From: an uncultured bacterium
Lineage (GTDB): Bacteria; Oederibacteriota; PGYV01; CAWJRG01
DNA length: 64,000 nt
Reading direction: 5' to 3'
Assembly (NCBI GenBank): GCA_963845185.1
Contig: CAWJRG010000006.1
Span: 83,388-147,387 of the forward strand
Made by a program: the position numbers and the translations under genes. This document shows, in pieces, positions 21,385 through 30,802 of this stretch. Every line of letters begins with the position of its first letter. The first letter of the stretch is position 1. The notes under the pieces are model-generated. The model had not been told where the DNA came from. It was given only the letters and a program-made list of their open reading frames with translations, and ran no database searches.

Positions 21385-23321
21385 GACTGATTTTTAAGCT
21401 CTTTTTTTATATAATTTATCTTTCCGCCGGCTATTATAATTTCACGCTCGCGCCCGCTTAAAGCGTAATCAAGCGTGATTTCCGTTTTACCGTTTATTTT
21501 TGCCTTTATTTTCAGGCATTCATTCATGGAAGAAACCACATCAAACAACTCCAGTGTATCGCCCTGCTGTATTTTGTCGTAATCGGAAAACCTGGCAAAA
21601 ATAAGCGGCAAAATGCCGAAGTTAATCAGGTTTGCCTTGTGTATGCGGCTGAAAGATTTTGCTATCACAGCTTTCACGCCAAGATATAAAGGCGCAAGGG
21701 CCGCATGCTCACGGCTTGAGCCCTGGCCGTAATTGTCCCCTCCTATTATATACCCGCCTTTTTCCGAAACAGCGCGGTTGTAAAAATCACGGTCAATTTT
21801 CGAAAAAACATGTTTTGATATTTCGGGTATGTTCGAGCGCAAGGGAAGAATTTTCGCGCCTGCAGGCATTATGTCGTCGGTTGTTATGTTGTCTTTCAAT
21901 TTAATCAGGATTTTTCCGGATATATTATTTTCAAGCGGTTTTGCCCCGGGCAAAGGTTTGATATTCGGTCCCATTATTATTTTGATTTTATTTCTTTTTG
22001 CGGCTGAGAGCGGCTTTAAAAGAAGGGAATCATCGGCCGGGAATTTGATAAGCGGGCTTATGCCGGGATATTTGCCAAGTTTTTTAGGGTCAGTAATCTC
22101 ACCGTAAATTGCCGCTGCAACGGCAACTTCCACGCTCGCGAGCAGGATTCCTGCGTCGGAAGTGCCTGCGCGTCCCTGAAAATTCCTGTTAAAGGTCCGC
22201 ATTGAAGCGGTACCTGAAGCCGGGGCATGGCCCATGCCTATGCACGGCCCGCAGGCTGTTTCTATGACCCTGGCGCCGGATTCGATAAAATAAGACAGGT
22301 GTTTATTTTGCACGAGCGCGTTCAGGATTGTTTTCGAGCCCGGGGCCACTATGAACGAAACGTCCCTGTGAATTTTACGGGTTTTCAAAATTTCCGCCGC
22401 TGTCATTAAGTCCTTGTAGGAAGAGTTGGTGCAGCTGCCTATAATAACCTGGTTTATTTTATAATTTTTTATCTCTTTTACCAGTTGCACATTATCAGGC
22501 GAATGCGGCATGGCAACCATTGGCTCTATTTTTGAAAGGTCAATTTCAATTATTGAGGAATATTGCGCGCTTTTGTCAGGCAACAGGCTTTTATAATGCT
22601 TTGCTCGTCCAAAGGCTTTTAAAAATTTCAGGGTATTTTCATCCGATGGAAAAAGCGAAGATGTGGCTCCGAGCTCTGCGCCCATGTTCGTTATTGTCGC
22701 GCGCTCGGGAACAGACAGGGATTTTACACCTTCCCCAAAATATTCAAACAGCCTGTTTACACCGCCTTTTACGCTGAGCTTTTTTAAAAGGTAAAGTATC
22801 ACGTCTTTTGCCGACGACCACGCAGGAAGCCTGCCTGATAATTTAACCCCCATAACTTCCGGGCATAACAGGGAATAAGGGTAGCCGATCATGGCAGAAG
22901 CAACCTCGAGACCGCCCACGCCGACAGCAAGCATGCCGATGCCGCCGGCAGTAGGAGTATGGCTGTCGGAACCGATTAAAGTATCGCAGGGCCTCGCGAA
23001 TCTTTCCAGATGCACCTGATGGCAGATGCCGTTGCCGGGTTTTGAAAAATAAAGGCCGTATTTTTCGGCAACAGACTGCAAAAACATATGGTCATCCGCG
23101 TTTTCGGAGCCGGTTTGCAGCGTGTTGTGATCTATATAACTGACAGAAAGTTTTGTGGCGATTTTTGGGACATTAAAATTTAAAAATTCAAGATAAGCCA
23201 TTGTACCGGTCGCGTCCTGGGTCAAAGTCTGGTCTATTTTTATGGCTATTTCGCTGCCGGCGGAAAGCTTGCCGGATACAAGATGCCTGCTTGCTATTTT
23301 TTCGAACATAGTTCCTTTCAT
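21381..23321 (-). CDS. Aconitate hydratase (compact ~650-aa type)
   Basis: QDATGT, GICHQVH, DSHT, GSCTN, CGPCIG, NRNF, YGQGSSREHA. Confidence 0.93.
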   Translation of the reverse strand: MKGTMFEKIASRHLVSGKLSAGSEIAIKIDQTLTQDATGTMAYLEFLNFNVPKIATKLSVSYIDHNTLQTGSENADDHMFLQSVAEKYGLYFSKPGNGICHQVHLERFARPCDTLIGSDSHTPTAGGIGMLAVGVGGLEVASAMIGYPYSLLCPEVMGVKLSGRLPAWSSAKDVILYLLKKLSVKGGVNRLFEYFGEGVKSLSVPERATITNMGAELGATSSLFPSDENTLKFLKAFGRAKHYKSLLPDKSAQYSSIIEIDLSKIEPMVAMPHSPDNVQLVKEIKNYKINQVIIGSCTNSSYKDLMTAAEILKTRKIHRDVSFIVAPGSKTILNALVQNKHLSYFIESGARVIETACGPCIGMGHAPASGTASMRTFNRNFQGRAGTSDAGILLASVEVAVAAAIYGEITDPKKLGKYPGISPLIKFPADDSLLLKPLSAAKRNKIKIIMGPNIKPLPGAKPLENNISGKILIKLKDNITTDDIMPAGAKILPLRSNIPEISKHVFSKIDRDFYNRAVSEKGGYIIGGDNYGQGSSREHAALAPLYLGVKAVIAKSFSRIHKANLINFGILPLIFARFSDYDKIQQGDTLELFDVVSSMNECLKIKAKINGKTEITLDYALSGREREIIIAGGKINYIKKELKNQS

Positions 23322-23465
23322 TTTTATACCTCGTTTGAATAATTTTATTTATATTACGGCAAGGGCAGGGAAAAGTAAATATATTTTTTCATTGCCAACA
23401 AAATGATTGACTTTACTACGGTTGTAATATAAAATTTCTAAAACTGTTAAAAAGAGGTATAAAAA

Positions 23466-24026
23466 ATGACTGAATCCATAGCCAATGCCCTGAAAAAAGA
23501 AATAGTAATACCGGAAGTTTTTAAAAGCGCGTTGATGGCAACATTGTTTTCCTACCTTACATTTACCGCAGCCCTGATAAAGATTTACATGCCCGGGAAC
23601 CCTGTGCCTTTTACCATGCAGACTTTTGTTTTATTTATGGCTGTATATTATCTAAGCGCCAAAGAGAACGGCATTTCCCAGCTAATATACGTGGCTGCGG
23701 GAATGTTTGGAGCGCCTGTTTTTGCTGCAGGGCTGACAGGCGCGGTAGCTTTAATCGGGCCGACAGCCGGATACTTAACAGGCTTTATTGTTTCCGGGAT
23801 TTTGATGTCATATATCATGCGAAAAGCAGGCAAATTAACCTATATAAAAACAGTTTTGATTTTTGCCACAGGCGGGTTTATAATACTGGCGTTCGGAACG
23901 CTTCACCTTTATTTTATCTATAAAATGCCTTTGGATAAGGCGATTATATTGGGATTTTTACCGTTTGCCGCAAGCGATTTTATCAAGATCCTTGCTGCAG
24001 CCGGTTTCTACAGAATAAAAAAATAA
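23466..24026 (+). CDS. bioY: Biotin transporter BioY
   Basis: PVPFTMQT, GAPVFAAG, GPTAGYL motifs. Confidence 0.9.
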   Translation: MTESIANALKKEIVIPEVFKSALMATLFSYLTFTAALIKIYMPGNPVPFTMQTFVLFMAVYYLSAKENGISQLIYVAAGMFGAPVFAAGLTGAVALIGPTAGYLTGFIVSGILMSYIMRKAGKLTYIKTVLIFATGGFIILAFGTLHLYFIYKMPLDKAIILGFLPFAASDFIKILAAAGFYRIKK

Positions 24027-24151
24027 TAACATATTTTAACAATCCGGATATTTACGCATTTACTGTGCCCAAAAAGAAAACGGCCAAGTAACAGCGGAAT
24101 CCAGCAGATAAGAGACATAGAGTAAAAAAACAAAGGGGTTTTACACAAACC

Positions 24152-25613
24152 GTGGATTATTCCAACAAACTCAGTATTCAGCAGGAACTCAAACAATATT
24201 TAAGGTTAACGCCCGAGATGCGGCTCAGACTGGACGTGCTGCAGGCAACAAGCCTTGAACTCAAGGAAATCCTAAGCAAGGAACTCGAGGAAAACCCTGT
24301 CATTGAAGACATTATTTATCCGGAGGATGATGTTGAGCCGAGCGGGGAAAAACAGGATAAAAAAGAAGAAACAGAAGAAATAAAGATAAACGACAACAAG
24401 GCGCATCTCGAAGAAATAAACAGCGAAGAGTATGAAAATGTGTTTCCCAAAGACGATTTTGAAAACAAGAGCGGTTACGAGGAGGAATATAACCCGGAAT
24501 TCGCGAAAATAAGGGACAGAAAATACAACAATACGCCGGCTGAAGAAAAAAAAGACCTGCAGTCCGAGCTTAAAAGGCAGCTTGACAGCCTTGATATTAT
24601 GCACGAGGACTATGCTGCTGCCGAAATTCTTGTCTCAAACATCGACAGCGACGGATTTTTAACAGAGGATATTGGTACAATATCACTGGCAAGCGGCGTG
24701 CAGGAGGCAACACTGAATAAAATGCTTGAAGTCATAAAAACATTCGAGCCGGCCGGCGTCGGTGCAAGAAACGTGAGCGAAAGCCTGATGATACAGCTAA
24801 GGCAGAAAAACCAGAAAAGATTCGCTGGCTTATCAAATCGTGGAAAAATATTTCGGCCTTTTGTCAAAAAAAGAATATAAGAAGCTTGCAAGAATATTCA
24901 AGGTAAGCGAGCAGGACATAAAAAAGGCCGAGGAAATAATGAAGGAGCTGTCCCCTTATCCGGGAAGGAACCTTACGAAATACGCAAACGAATATATAGT
25001 GCCGGATATAATAGTAACCGAGGAAGACGGCATATACAGGATAAACATGGCAGGGGACATTCCGGAGATAAAGATAAACAAAGAGTATCTGGAAATGTAC
25101 AAGGAAAAAAAAGAAACAAAGGATTTTATAAGGAAATACGAGGCCAGGATAAAAGCCATACTTTCATCAATAGAAGAACGGAATAAAACAACGGTAAAAG
25201 TCGTCGGTAAAATCCTTGAAATTCAAAGAGATTTTTTGAGCAACGAAATGACGGGCCTGAAGCCGCTCACATTAAAAGAAATTGCCGGCGACGTTGGAGT
25301 GCATGAGTCCACAATCAGCAGGATAGTGTCGAGAAAATATGTTCAAATGCCGTCGGGGGTTTTCCCTTTAAAAATGTTTTTTTCAGGCAAGCTTGACACT
25401 ACCGAAGGAGAAGTTTCCAGCTCCTCAATAAAAGAAAAAATCAAGGGCATGATTGAAAACGAAGATAAAACCAATCCGTTGACCGATATGGAAATATCAG
25501 ATTCTTTAAATAAGCAGGGAGTAAATATTTCGAGAAGGACAATTGCGAAATACAGGGATCAGGCTGACATCCCTTCGGCGGGGATGAGGAAAAGATTGAG
25601 CATAAAGGATTAA
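24152..25613 (+). CDS. rpoN: RNA polymerase sigma-54 factor, split by +1 A in a homopolymer near 24816
   Basis: ELEENP and FEPAGVGARN in ORF1; VHESTISR and RpoN box SRRTIAKYR in ORF2; removing one A gives QKDSLAYQIVEKYF. Confidence 0.92.
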
Positions 25614-25669
25614 TTTAATTTTCAAGTCGCCAATCATCTATTTCCAATTTTAAAAATAAAAAAAATAAG

Positions 25670-25697
25670 GTAGAGACACGCCAAGGCGTGTCTCTAC
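25670..25697. repeat. GTAG-type REP-like palindrome
   Basis: GTAGAGACACGCC-AA-GGCGTGTCTCTAC perfect 13-bp stem. Confidence 0.65.
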
Positions 25698-25754
25698 AAA
25701 TAAAAGTAAATAACGTCAAGAAACCTTAGTGGGGGAAAATGACGGATGCGGCTG

Positions 25755-25809
25755 GCTCGCTTCAACTCCCAATGAAATGATAATTTTTGGTGCGGATGGT
25801 GGGAGTTGA
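25755..25809 (-). repeat. Direct-repeat copy of tRNA-Leu 3' end plus trailer
   Basis: Near-identical to 25965-26020; includes 22 bp identical to the tRNA 3' end. Confidence 0.85.
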
Positions 25810-25998
25810 CTACTACGCCGCTACTTCGCGGCTGCCCTTCGTTTCACTCAGGACAGTCATCTCTAAGACTCGATAAAACCTCGCCTAAGAGGCTGACTGC
25901 GTAGTCTCCCCTCGCTATGCTTTCGCTCGCCGCCGGCTCGCTTTTCACCCAATGGGTGCGCATAGCTCGCTTCAACTCCCAATGATATAATAATTTTT

Positions 25999-26084
25999 TG
26001 GTGCGGATGGTGGGAGTTGAACCCACACACCCTTGCAGGTACTAGAACCTGAATCTAGCGCGTCTGCCATTCCGCCACATCCGC
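25999..26084 (-). tRNA. tRNA-Leu(CAG)
   Basis: Reverse complement GCGGATG...CTAGA-TTCAGGT-TCTAG, long variable arm, GGTTCAACTCC, CATCCGC-ACCA. Confidence 0.95.
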
Positions 26085-26202
26085 ACGGGTATCATTTTTA
26101 GCATATAAAATATTGAAATGCAACAAAAAATCTTTTATTGAAGTCCGGATTTTACTTAGAAAAGGCTGATTTAAGAGGAGGAACTTTGAAACAATAATAA
26201 AT

Positions 26203-26230
26203 GGAACTTATTATTATAAGATTTGTCTAA
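26203..26230 (+). promoter_or_regulatory. Putative ECF promoter GGAAC-N17-GTCTAA
   Basis: Recurrent motif; upstream of S53 peptidase. Confidence 0.6.
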
Positions 26231-26271
26231 AATGTTATATAATATACAGGTAAATAAAAAGAGGTGTGTTG

Positions 26272-28539
26272 ATGAGGATAAAAGCAGTATTCGGCATTAT
26301 TTTGGCCGGTGTAGTCCTGATACCATTGCGGGCTGCTGCGGATAATGCAACTGTTTTGCAGGAGAAACAAATATTGCACGGCCATATTCCGCCGGATGTT
26401 GCGTCGGCAAAACAGCTTGAAAAACTCGACGGGAAAAAGCGCCTGAAGCTTGTAATAGGACTGCCTCTGCACGACAAACAGGCATTGAAGGAATTCCTCG
26501 CTGGTGTCAGCAACCCCAAAAGCCCGAATTACCGGCATTACCTCACGTCACAGGAATTTATTGACAAATACTGCGAGACCCGGGAAGAATACGTCAGGGT
26601 AAAGGAATTTTTGAAATCAAAAAATTTAAACATAACAAATACATTTCCTGACAGAATGCTGATAGACGCTGAAGGCGCTGCTTCGGACATAGAAAAAGCA
26701 TTTAACGTAAATTTTTATAACTACCGGCGCACCGATAGCACTGTTTTTTACGCGCCGGATACCGAGCCGTCAATAGATTCCGGTATTGCCATCCTGCATA
26801 TAAGCGGGCTTAGCAACGCCGGTATTTTAAAGCCTATGGCGCTTACCGGGTCCGGGTTAAACGGGTCTTTTATGGGCCAGGATTTCAGGAATGCTTATGC
26901 GCAGGGCGTGCCGTCATCGCTTATTGGAACCGGACAGATAGTGGGCATATTTGCCATGGATAATTATTATACAAGCGATATCACCGCATACGAACAACTG
27001 GCTTCTCTTCCGAATGTTCAGATAACAAACAAAATTGTTTACGGCTCACCTGCTACGTTTTACAATTACAACAGCGAGCTGAGCATGGACATTTCTGCTG
27101 TAATATCCATGGCGCAGGGCTGCCAGGTGTATGTATACGAAGCATATTATGACGGCACCCAGGGAGGTTATGACAACATACTTGAGGCCATGGCAGGCGA
27201 CACCCAGGTCAATCAATTTACAAGTTCATTTTCAGTAGCACCGCCGCTGGACATCACAGCGTTGAACAGTTATTTAAAAATAGAGGCTCAGGGGCAGTCA
27301 TTTTTTCATGCTTCCGGGGACAGCGGTGCTTATGCCCCGGGTTCAATGGCGGGCTTTGATATTGAACTGCCTGACATTACTATAGTAGGCGGTACCGATT
27401 TAACGACAGTGACAGGCGGCGGAGCATGGGTCTCTGAAACCGTATGGAACGACTGGTGCGGCGCAAGCGGCGGAGGCATATGCCCGGATATAACTATTCC
27501 ATATTACCAGCAGGGAATAATCAATTCCGCAAATGCGCCTTATGTTTCTACTTCATACAGGAACATTCCTGATGTGGCTGCGGTCGCACAGGATGTGTTT
27601 ATTGTTTACGACAGCGGGGTTGAGGCCATGGATTGCGGGACCAGCTTCGCATCGCCCCTGTGGGCCGGTTTTTGTGCACTTATAAACCAGGAGGCAGCCA
27701 TACGCGGAAATTCGCCTGTAGGGTTTTTAAACCCGGCTATATATGCCATAGGAGAAGGACCGAATTATACAACAGATTTTCACGACATTACAACCGGCAA
27801 CAACGGTAGCAGCACGCAATATCCCGCTGTTACGGGGTATGACCTATGCACAGGATGGGGCTCGCCCAACGGCATGCCGCTTATAAGCGACCTGGCAGGG
27901 CCGACACAGTCAGACACGCCGACAATAACCCAGACGTACACGGCAACGCCTGTAGTGTCATCAACAGACACGCTGACAGATACGCCTACCTTAACTCAGA
28001 CAGATACGCCTACAATAACGCTGACAGCCACAATGACGCTGACTCAAACAGATACACTTACCCAGACCCAGACATACACACCAACACCGGTATTGTCAGA
28101 TACAGATACACCTACCATTACTTTTACACCCACGCAGACAAACACTTTTACCTGTACGCCGACATTTACAGTATCACCGCAATATTCGCCTACCAGCACC
28201 CAAATTGTCACGGGAAATACAGAGCTTGTAATAAGCAATGTTTTTGTTTATCCAAACCCATTGGAAACAGGGGATGACAAGCTTTACATACGACTGGATG
28301 CAACGCATCAGCCACAGTCCATAAGCATGAAAATTTACACAGCATCTTTCAGGCTGATAAAAGAAAAAACATGGAGCGCAGATTCCATGGCTTCAATAAC
28401 CTGGCATTATACTGTGAATATACCAGCAGGGGAACTAAACAACCTGGGAAACGGGACTTATTATTATGTTCTTACAGCAGAAGACAGCGCTGGTATGCAG
28501 GTAAAAAGCAGTACAGGAGTGCTTATTGTGTTAAAATAA
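26272..28539 (+). CDS. Secreted S53 (sedolisin/kumamolisin) peptidase with prodomain, Thr/Pro linker and YPNP C-terminal domain
   Basis: Prodomain PKSPNYRHYLT; ELSMD (E/D), ASGDSG, GTSFASP (Ser), GYDLCTGWGSP Ca site; VYPNP...NGTYYY...IVLK. Confidence 0.9.
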   Translation: MRIKAVFGIILAGVVLIPLRAAADNATVLQEKQILHGHIPPDVASAKQLEKLDGKKRLKLVIGLPLHDKQALKEFLAGVSNPKSPNYRHYLTSQEFIDKYCETREEYVRVKEFLKSKNLNITNTFPDRMLIDAEGAASDIEKAFNVNFYNYRRTDSTVFYAPDTEPSIDSGIAILHISGLSNAGILKPMALTGSGLNGSFMGQDFRNAYAQGVPSSLIGTGQIVGIFAMDNYYTSDITAYEQLASLPNVQITNKIVYGSPATFYNYNSELSMDISAVISMAQGCQVYVYEAYYDGTQGGYDNILEAMAGDTQVNQFTSSFSVAPPLDITALNSYLKIEAQGQSFFHASGDSGAYAPGSMAGFDIELPDITIVGGTDLTTVTGGGAWVSETVWNDWCGASGGGICPDITIPYYQQGIINSANAPYVSTSYRNIPDVAAVAQDVFIVYDSGVEAMDCGTSFASPLWAGFCALINQEAAIRGNSPVGFLNPAIYAIGEGPNYTTDFHDITTGNNGSSTQYPAVTGYDLCTGWGSPNGMPLISDLAGPTQSDTPTITQTYTATPVVSSTDTLTDTPTLTQTDTPTITLTATMTLTQTDTLTQTQTYTPTPVLSDTDTPTITFTPTQTNTFTCTPTFTVSPQYSPTSTQIVTGNTELVISNVFVYPNPLETGDDKLYIRLDATHQPQSISMKIYTASFRLIKEKTWSADSMASITWHYTVNIPAGELNNLGNGTYYYVLTAEDSAGMQVKSSTGVLIVLK

Positions 28540-28606
28540 GGCCATATAACAGGGTGTATTTGCAAGTCTGGTTCAAAAAGCAGGGGATTTTAATGTAATA
28601 TTTATT

Positions 28607-28634
28607 GGAACTTTTTGGCATAAAATTTGTCTAA
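28607..28634 (+). promoter_or_regulatory. Putative ECF promoter GGAAC-N17-GTCTAA
   Basis: Recurrent motif; upstream of PQQ-propeller gene. Confidence 0.6.
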
Positions 28635-28749
28635 TTATTAAAGGTTTTTACAATTAAAAGAACTTAAATAGCATATAATTTTATTCAGGGGAGGCGTATG
28701 GTTTGCAGTTGATTAGAAACAGTAAAAGCCAAAATACGGGTTGGAAAAG

Positions 28750-30537
28750 ATGAGTGAGGCATTAATACATATTGCAAGGGATAAAAGACGGTTAAAAAGT
28801 ATTTTTTTTATCCTGTTATTAATGTCTTTTTGCCTGCCTGTTCATGCCGATGTATGGGCAGACAGGCACGGTACCACGAGTACAGCAGGTATAGATTCGG
28901 GGACAAGATATAATCCTTATTCAAACCTAAAACCACCACTTGTTTTATTATGGTCACAGACAAATTGGAACGGGACCAACACTGCCATACAAGAATCCTG
29001 TCCTGCAATAGTAAATGGAATAGTGTATGTGGGTTCTTTTAACGGCAACTTATATGCATGGGACACGTCAACAGGAACACCTATTCCTGGATTTCCTGTC
29101 AGTGCAGGAGTGGGAGTAACTATCTCTTCATCTCCTGCAGTTGTAAATGGAATTGTTTATATAGGAGCATGGAATGGAAACTTATATGCATGGAATGCTA
29201 CAACAGGGGCAAGTATTCCGGGATTTCCTGTCGGCACAGGAAACATGATTTGGACTTCATCGCCTGCAGTAGAAAATGGAATTGTATATGTAGGTTCTGA
29301 GGATGGAAAATTATATGCATGGAACGCATTGACGGGAGCAAGTATTGCGGGATTTCCCGTAAGCACAGGTTTAGTAATTGACTCATCACCCGCAATATCA
29401 AACGGCATTGTATATGTAGGTTCAAGTGATGGAAAATTATATGCATGGAACGCATTAACAGGGGCGGGTATTACAGGATTCCCTGTTTCTACAGGAATGT
29501 ATATCAGATCAATGCCGTCAATCGCAAATGGAATTGTATGCGCGTTATCATGGGATACTAATTTTTACGCATGGAACGCGTTGACAGGAGCGATTAGCCC
29601 GGGATTTCCTATAGGTACCGGAGGCCAGGGCGACTCATCCCCGGCAATAGCAAATGGAGTTGTTTGTGTTGAGGGAGGCAACGGAGATTTGTACGCGTGG
29701 AATCAGTCAACAGGAGCAGCTATTTCCGGCTTCCCGGTAGCTTTACCCGGGTCTACCGGATATACGAATACTTCGCCGGCAATAGCAAATGGATATATAT
29801 ATGTAGGCAGCGATGCAAATATAGTAAATGCAATTGATATAACAAACGGGAATATCGTATGGCAATACCAATTGCCGTTAAATTGGGGGGATGAGGGATT
29901 TGATAATGCCTCGACAGCTATTGCTGAAGATAAATTATTTGCAACATCAGACCAGGGAAACGGAATATTTGTGTTTTGCATGCCAAGCCCTACAATAAGC
30001 GCAACAATAACGCCTACATACACAATTTCGCCGACTTATACAATCACAAACACTTATACGTTTACGTTTACTATAACAGAAACATATACTAATACGCCCA
30101 CTTTTACTATATCACCAACCGGCACAATTACGAACACTTATACATCAACTATAACCATATCTCAAACCAATACGATTACAATAACACAAACACTGACACC
30201 TACGGCAAGCATGACATGTACAATAACCGTAACGCCCACATCGGTAATACCATTTTGCCTTACATTATATAAAAATTCGCCCAACCCATGTTTAAACGGA
30301 ACGAATATAATTTATCAATTGTGCGACGAGGCAGAAGTTAATGTAAAAATATACACAATAAGCGGCGAGGTTGTGGTGGAGTTAACACAACAGGGGCAGC
30401 CTGGAATGAACAGCATATACTGGGACACCAAAAACAAAGCAGGCAGGGGTGTGGCGAGCGGAACATTTATTTACAGCATAGAGGCAGTTGGAAAGTCAAA
30501 GCAAAAGGCTTGGGGAAAGATGGCGGTGGTGAAATGA
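28750..30537 (+). CDS. Secreted PQQ-like (BamB-type) beta-propeller protein + Thr linker + NSPNP/FlgD-Ig C-terminal domain
   Basis: ~40-aa repeats SSPAIxNGIVYVGSxDGKLYAWNAxTG; C-terminal CLTLYKNSPNP...VASGT...WGKMAVVK; start codon uncertain. Confidence 0.85.
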   Translation: MSEALIHIARDKRRLKSIFFILLLMSFCLPVHADVWADRHGTTSTAGIDSGTRYNPYSNLKPPLVLLWSQTNWNGTNTAIQESCPAIVNGIVYVGSFNGNLYAWDTSTGTPIPGFPVSAGVGVTISSSPAVVNGIVYIGAWNGNLYAWNATTGASIPGFPVGTGNMIWTSSPAVENGIVYVGSEDGKLYAWNALTGASIAGFPVSTGLVIDSSPAISNGIVYVGSSDGKLYAWNALTGAGITGFPVSTGMYIRSMPSIANGIVCALSWDTNFYAWNALTGAISPGFPIGTGGQGDSSPAIANGVVCVEGGNGDLYAWNQSTGAAISGFPVALPGSTGYTNTSPAIANGYIYVGSDANIVNAIDITNGNIVWQYQLPLNWGDEGFDNASTAIAEDKLFATSDQGNGIFVFCMPSPTISATITPTYTISPTYTITNTYTFTFTITETYTNTPTFTISPTGTITNTYTSTITISQTNTITITQTLTPTASMTCTITVTPTSVIPFCLTLYKNSPNPCLNGTNIIYQLCDEAEVNVKIYTISGEVVVELTQQGQPGMNSIYWDTKNKAGRGVASGTFIYSIEAVGKSKQKAWGKMAVVK

Positions 30538-30650
30538 AATTCAAGATTCAGAATGGGAAGTGGGAGAACACGCTGGTCAATATTGAAGTTCAGCGCTTGC
30601 TGGAGAAAGGCTGATTTTAAGAAACAGTGGTTTTTAATGCAATAATTATT

Positions 30651-30678
30651 GAAACTTTTTAGCATATAATTTGTCTAA
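30651..30678 (+). promoter_or_regulatory. Putative ECF promoter GAAAC-N17-GTCTAA
   Basis: Recurrent motif; upstream of PorV-OmpA gene. Confidence 0.55.
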
Positions 30679-30802
30679 ATAATAAAGGTTTATATAAAAA
30701 TTTATTGCCAAAATTAAGCCTAAATGGTGTATAATTGTTTCGATAATAATATAGTTTGTAGCTGATTATAAGCAGGAGAAATTAAAATACAGGAGGGTTA
30801 TT

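Noticed and set aside
24800..24845. Programmed frameshift in rpoN
   Set aside because: A single extra A in a short run with no clear slippery site or stimulator; many similar indels occur across the window
25810..25964. Integrated prophage or island at tRNA-Leu
   Set aside because: Only about 155 bp between the repeats and no integrase
28616..28631. Sigma-54 promoter TGGCA-N6-TTGT near rpoN
   Set aside because: The -12 GC is absent and the other three motif copies lack the -24 GG; the ECF-type reading fits all four
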